Assembly: GCA_965243395.1 (NCBI GenBank)
Contig: CBDEUS010000002.1
Location: forward strand, 1 to 64,000
DNA from: Gammaproteobacteria bacterium
GTDB lineage: Bacteria; Pseudomonadota; Gammaproteobacteria; UBA4575
DNA length: 64,000 bases
Direction: 5' to 3'
Position 1 is the first letter of the stretch; each line of letters starts with the position of its first letter. The notes beneath the pieces are model-generated. The model ran no database searches and had not been told where the DNA came from. It saw nothing but the letters and a program-made list of their open reading frames with translations. Shown here piece after piece: positions 62,407 through 64,000 of this stretch. The translations under genes were made by a program, and so were the position numbers.

Positions 62407-62694
62407 TTATCCATGTGCGATTGGTTTATCTGTAAAAAGAAAATCTTTTAACTCATTATCAAATGTTGGATCTTGCCTACGAATCCATTCTAATACCATA
62501 GCTGCATGCTCTTTCTCCTCGTCACGATTATGGGCGAGAATAGCTTTTAGGTCTTTATCCTTACATGCATCCACGCGTTGGTTATACCAATCAACAGCCT
62601 CAAGCTCTTCCATCAAGGAAGTAATCGCTCTATGCATATCTCGCGTTTCATCCGATAATTCATCTATTGGTTCATGATAACCTTCATTTGCCAT
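62407..62694 (-). CDS. Encapsulin-associated-type ferritin-like protein (Flp/EncFtn)
   Basis: HRA..SL.EELEAVDWY.QR, HNRDEEKEHAAM.LEWIRR. Confidence 0.92.
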   Translation of the reverse strand: MANEGYHEPIDELSDETRDMHRAITSLMEELEAVDWYNQRVDACKDKDLKAILAHNRDEEKEHAAMVLEWIRRQDPTFDNELKDFLFTDKPIAHG

Positions 62695-62769
62695 ATTTAA
62701 CCTCTTATTATCTAATTAGCTTAACCGTAGTTTACTAAACCAAACAATAATTTATCCAGAAAGTTAGCT

Positions 62770-64000
62770 ATGCAATACGATGTGATTGATGCCCAGGTAT
62801 ACCCTGACGGACAACTCGATGTTTTATCTAAGATTGAAGTCAGCCGACTGTTAGATAACAGCCAAGGGGGCTTATTCAGCTTATTTCGTAATTCATCTCT
62901 AGCAGTACTAAATTGCGGTAATCCGCTAGACGATGGCCGTGAATTATTACAACGTTATGAATCCTTTGATATCTCGTTAGTTCAGGAAGAAAAAGGCATC
63001 AGCCTTAAATTAAGCAATGCACCTGCTAGTGCATTTGTAGATGGCTCAATAATTAAAGGAATAGGCGAGCATTTATTTTCTGTTTTGCGTGACGTTATCT
63101 ACGCCAATGATGAAATCTACGCAAACCCAAAATTAAATCTGCAAACATCTGAAGGCATAACTGATGCAGTTTTTCATATTCTTCGCAATGCCGATGTCTT
63201 GCAACCTAATGAAGAACCTAATTTAGTCGTTTGTTGGGGAGGACACTCTATCAGCAGAAAAGAATATGATTATTCTAAAGAAGTGGGTTATCAGTTAGGT
63301 TTGCGCGGCTTTGACATTTGCACAGGTTGTGGACCAGGAGCAATGAAAGGACCCATGAAAGGCGCAACGATTGGGCATGCAAAACAGCGTGTTAAGAACT
63401 CTCAATATCTTGGTCTAACGGAACCCGGAATTATTGCAGCCGAACCACCTAATCCAATCGTTAATGATTTAGTCATCATGCCGGATATCGAAAAACGCTT
63501 AGAAGCTTTTGTGCGACTTGGTCACGCCATGATTGCATTTCCTGGTGGAGTCGGTACTGCAGAAGAAATATTTTACACGTTGGGCATGTTGTTGCACCCA
63601 AGCAATAAGGACATACCTTTTCCATTTGTTTTTACCGGCCCCGAGAGTGCAAAAGATTATTTCACAGAAATTGATAACTTCATTGGTATTACTCTCGGCA
63701 AGCAAGCACAAAGCTTCTACAAAATAATTATCAATGATCCAAATGCAGTAGCTAAAGAAATTCAATCCGGTATTGATAATGTAAGCAAATATAGAGAAAG
63801 CAAAAATGATGCTTACTACTTCAACTGGACATTGAATATCGACCCAATTTTACAAATACCTTTCAAACCCACTCATGAGAATATGCAGGCATTAGCTCTC
63901 CATGATGATCAAGACGAGTTTCAGCTAGCCGCTAATATTCGTAATGCTCTATCAGGAATAGTTGCAGGAAATGTAAAAGATGAAGGAATTAAAGCCGTCG
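62770..64000 (+). CDS. ppnN: Nucleotide 5'-monophosphate nucleosidase (LOG family), 3'-partial
   Basis: Manual translation from ATG 62770: MQYDVIDAQVYP...; VVCWGGHSI, TGCGPGAMKGPMKGA, MPDIEKRLEAFVR, FPGGVGTAEE; absent from the ORF track because there is no stop in the window. Confidence 0.93.
   Translation, partial: MQYDVIDAQVYPDGQLDVLSKIEVSRLLDNSQGGLFSLFRNSSLAVLNCGNPLDDGRELLQRYESFDISLVQEEKGISLKLSNAPASAFVDGSIIKGIGEHLFSVLRDVIYANDEIYANPKLNLQTSEGITDAVFHILRNADVLQPNEEPNLVVCWGGHSISRKEYDYSKEVGYQLGLRGFDICTGCGPGAMKGPMKGATIGHAKQRVKNSQYLGLTEPGIIAAEPPNPIVNDLVIMPDIEKRLEAFVRLGHAMIAFPGGVGTAEEIFYTLGMLLHPSNKDIPFPFVFTGPESAKDYFTEIDNFIGITLGKQAQSFYKIIINDPNAVAKEIQSGIDNVSKYRESKNDAYYFNWTLNIDPILQIPFKPTHENMQALALHDDQDEFQLAANIRNALSGIVAGNVKDEGIKAV

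Noticed and set aside
63499-63765. ORFs 63499-63765 (-) and 63533-63727 (+)
   Set aside because: Both lie inside ppnN, which continues past the window edge.

Overview
Chromosomal window from a low-GC Gammaproteobacterium, inferred from the conserved pilGHIJ-chpA / gshB-tonB-algH-ruvX-pyrRBC' / pilTU-yggS-proC-yggT-metXW gene order. (1) Bases 1-10628 hold the 5' part of a giant minus-strand ORF that the ORF track misses (>3,540 aa, runs off the left edge). It has a Sec signal peptide, an orphan 37-aa half-domain and about 27 apparently nucleotide-identical 387-bp repeats, each encoding a 129-aa DUF11-type Ig-like domain. (2) Bases 11-45 kb are mostly housekeeping and type IV pilus genes, including a PilJ with no periplasmic sensor domain and three PilT/PilU ATPases. 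(3) Bases 46-63 kb are an accessory redox region: sbtAB, an RHH/VOC/Tat-GMC oxidoreductase module, and a CoxMNOPQ-like heme-copper oxidase operon with a diheme-c-fused subunit II. The oxidase operon is bracketed by two heme O synthase paralogues and continues into a PmoD/AmoD-like protein, a YtkA-like protein and a MauG/MbnH-like diheme enzyme. A persulfide dioxygenase, an orphan encapsulin-type ferritin and ppnN follow. The best candidates for new biology are this oxidase-linked copper module and the split-domain N-terminus of the giant adhesin. Three genes also appear to need non-canonical start codons (CTG, ATC, ATA/ATT). All family calls are by motif recognition from memory; no database search was run.
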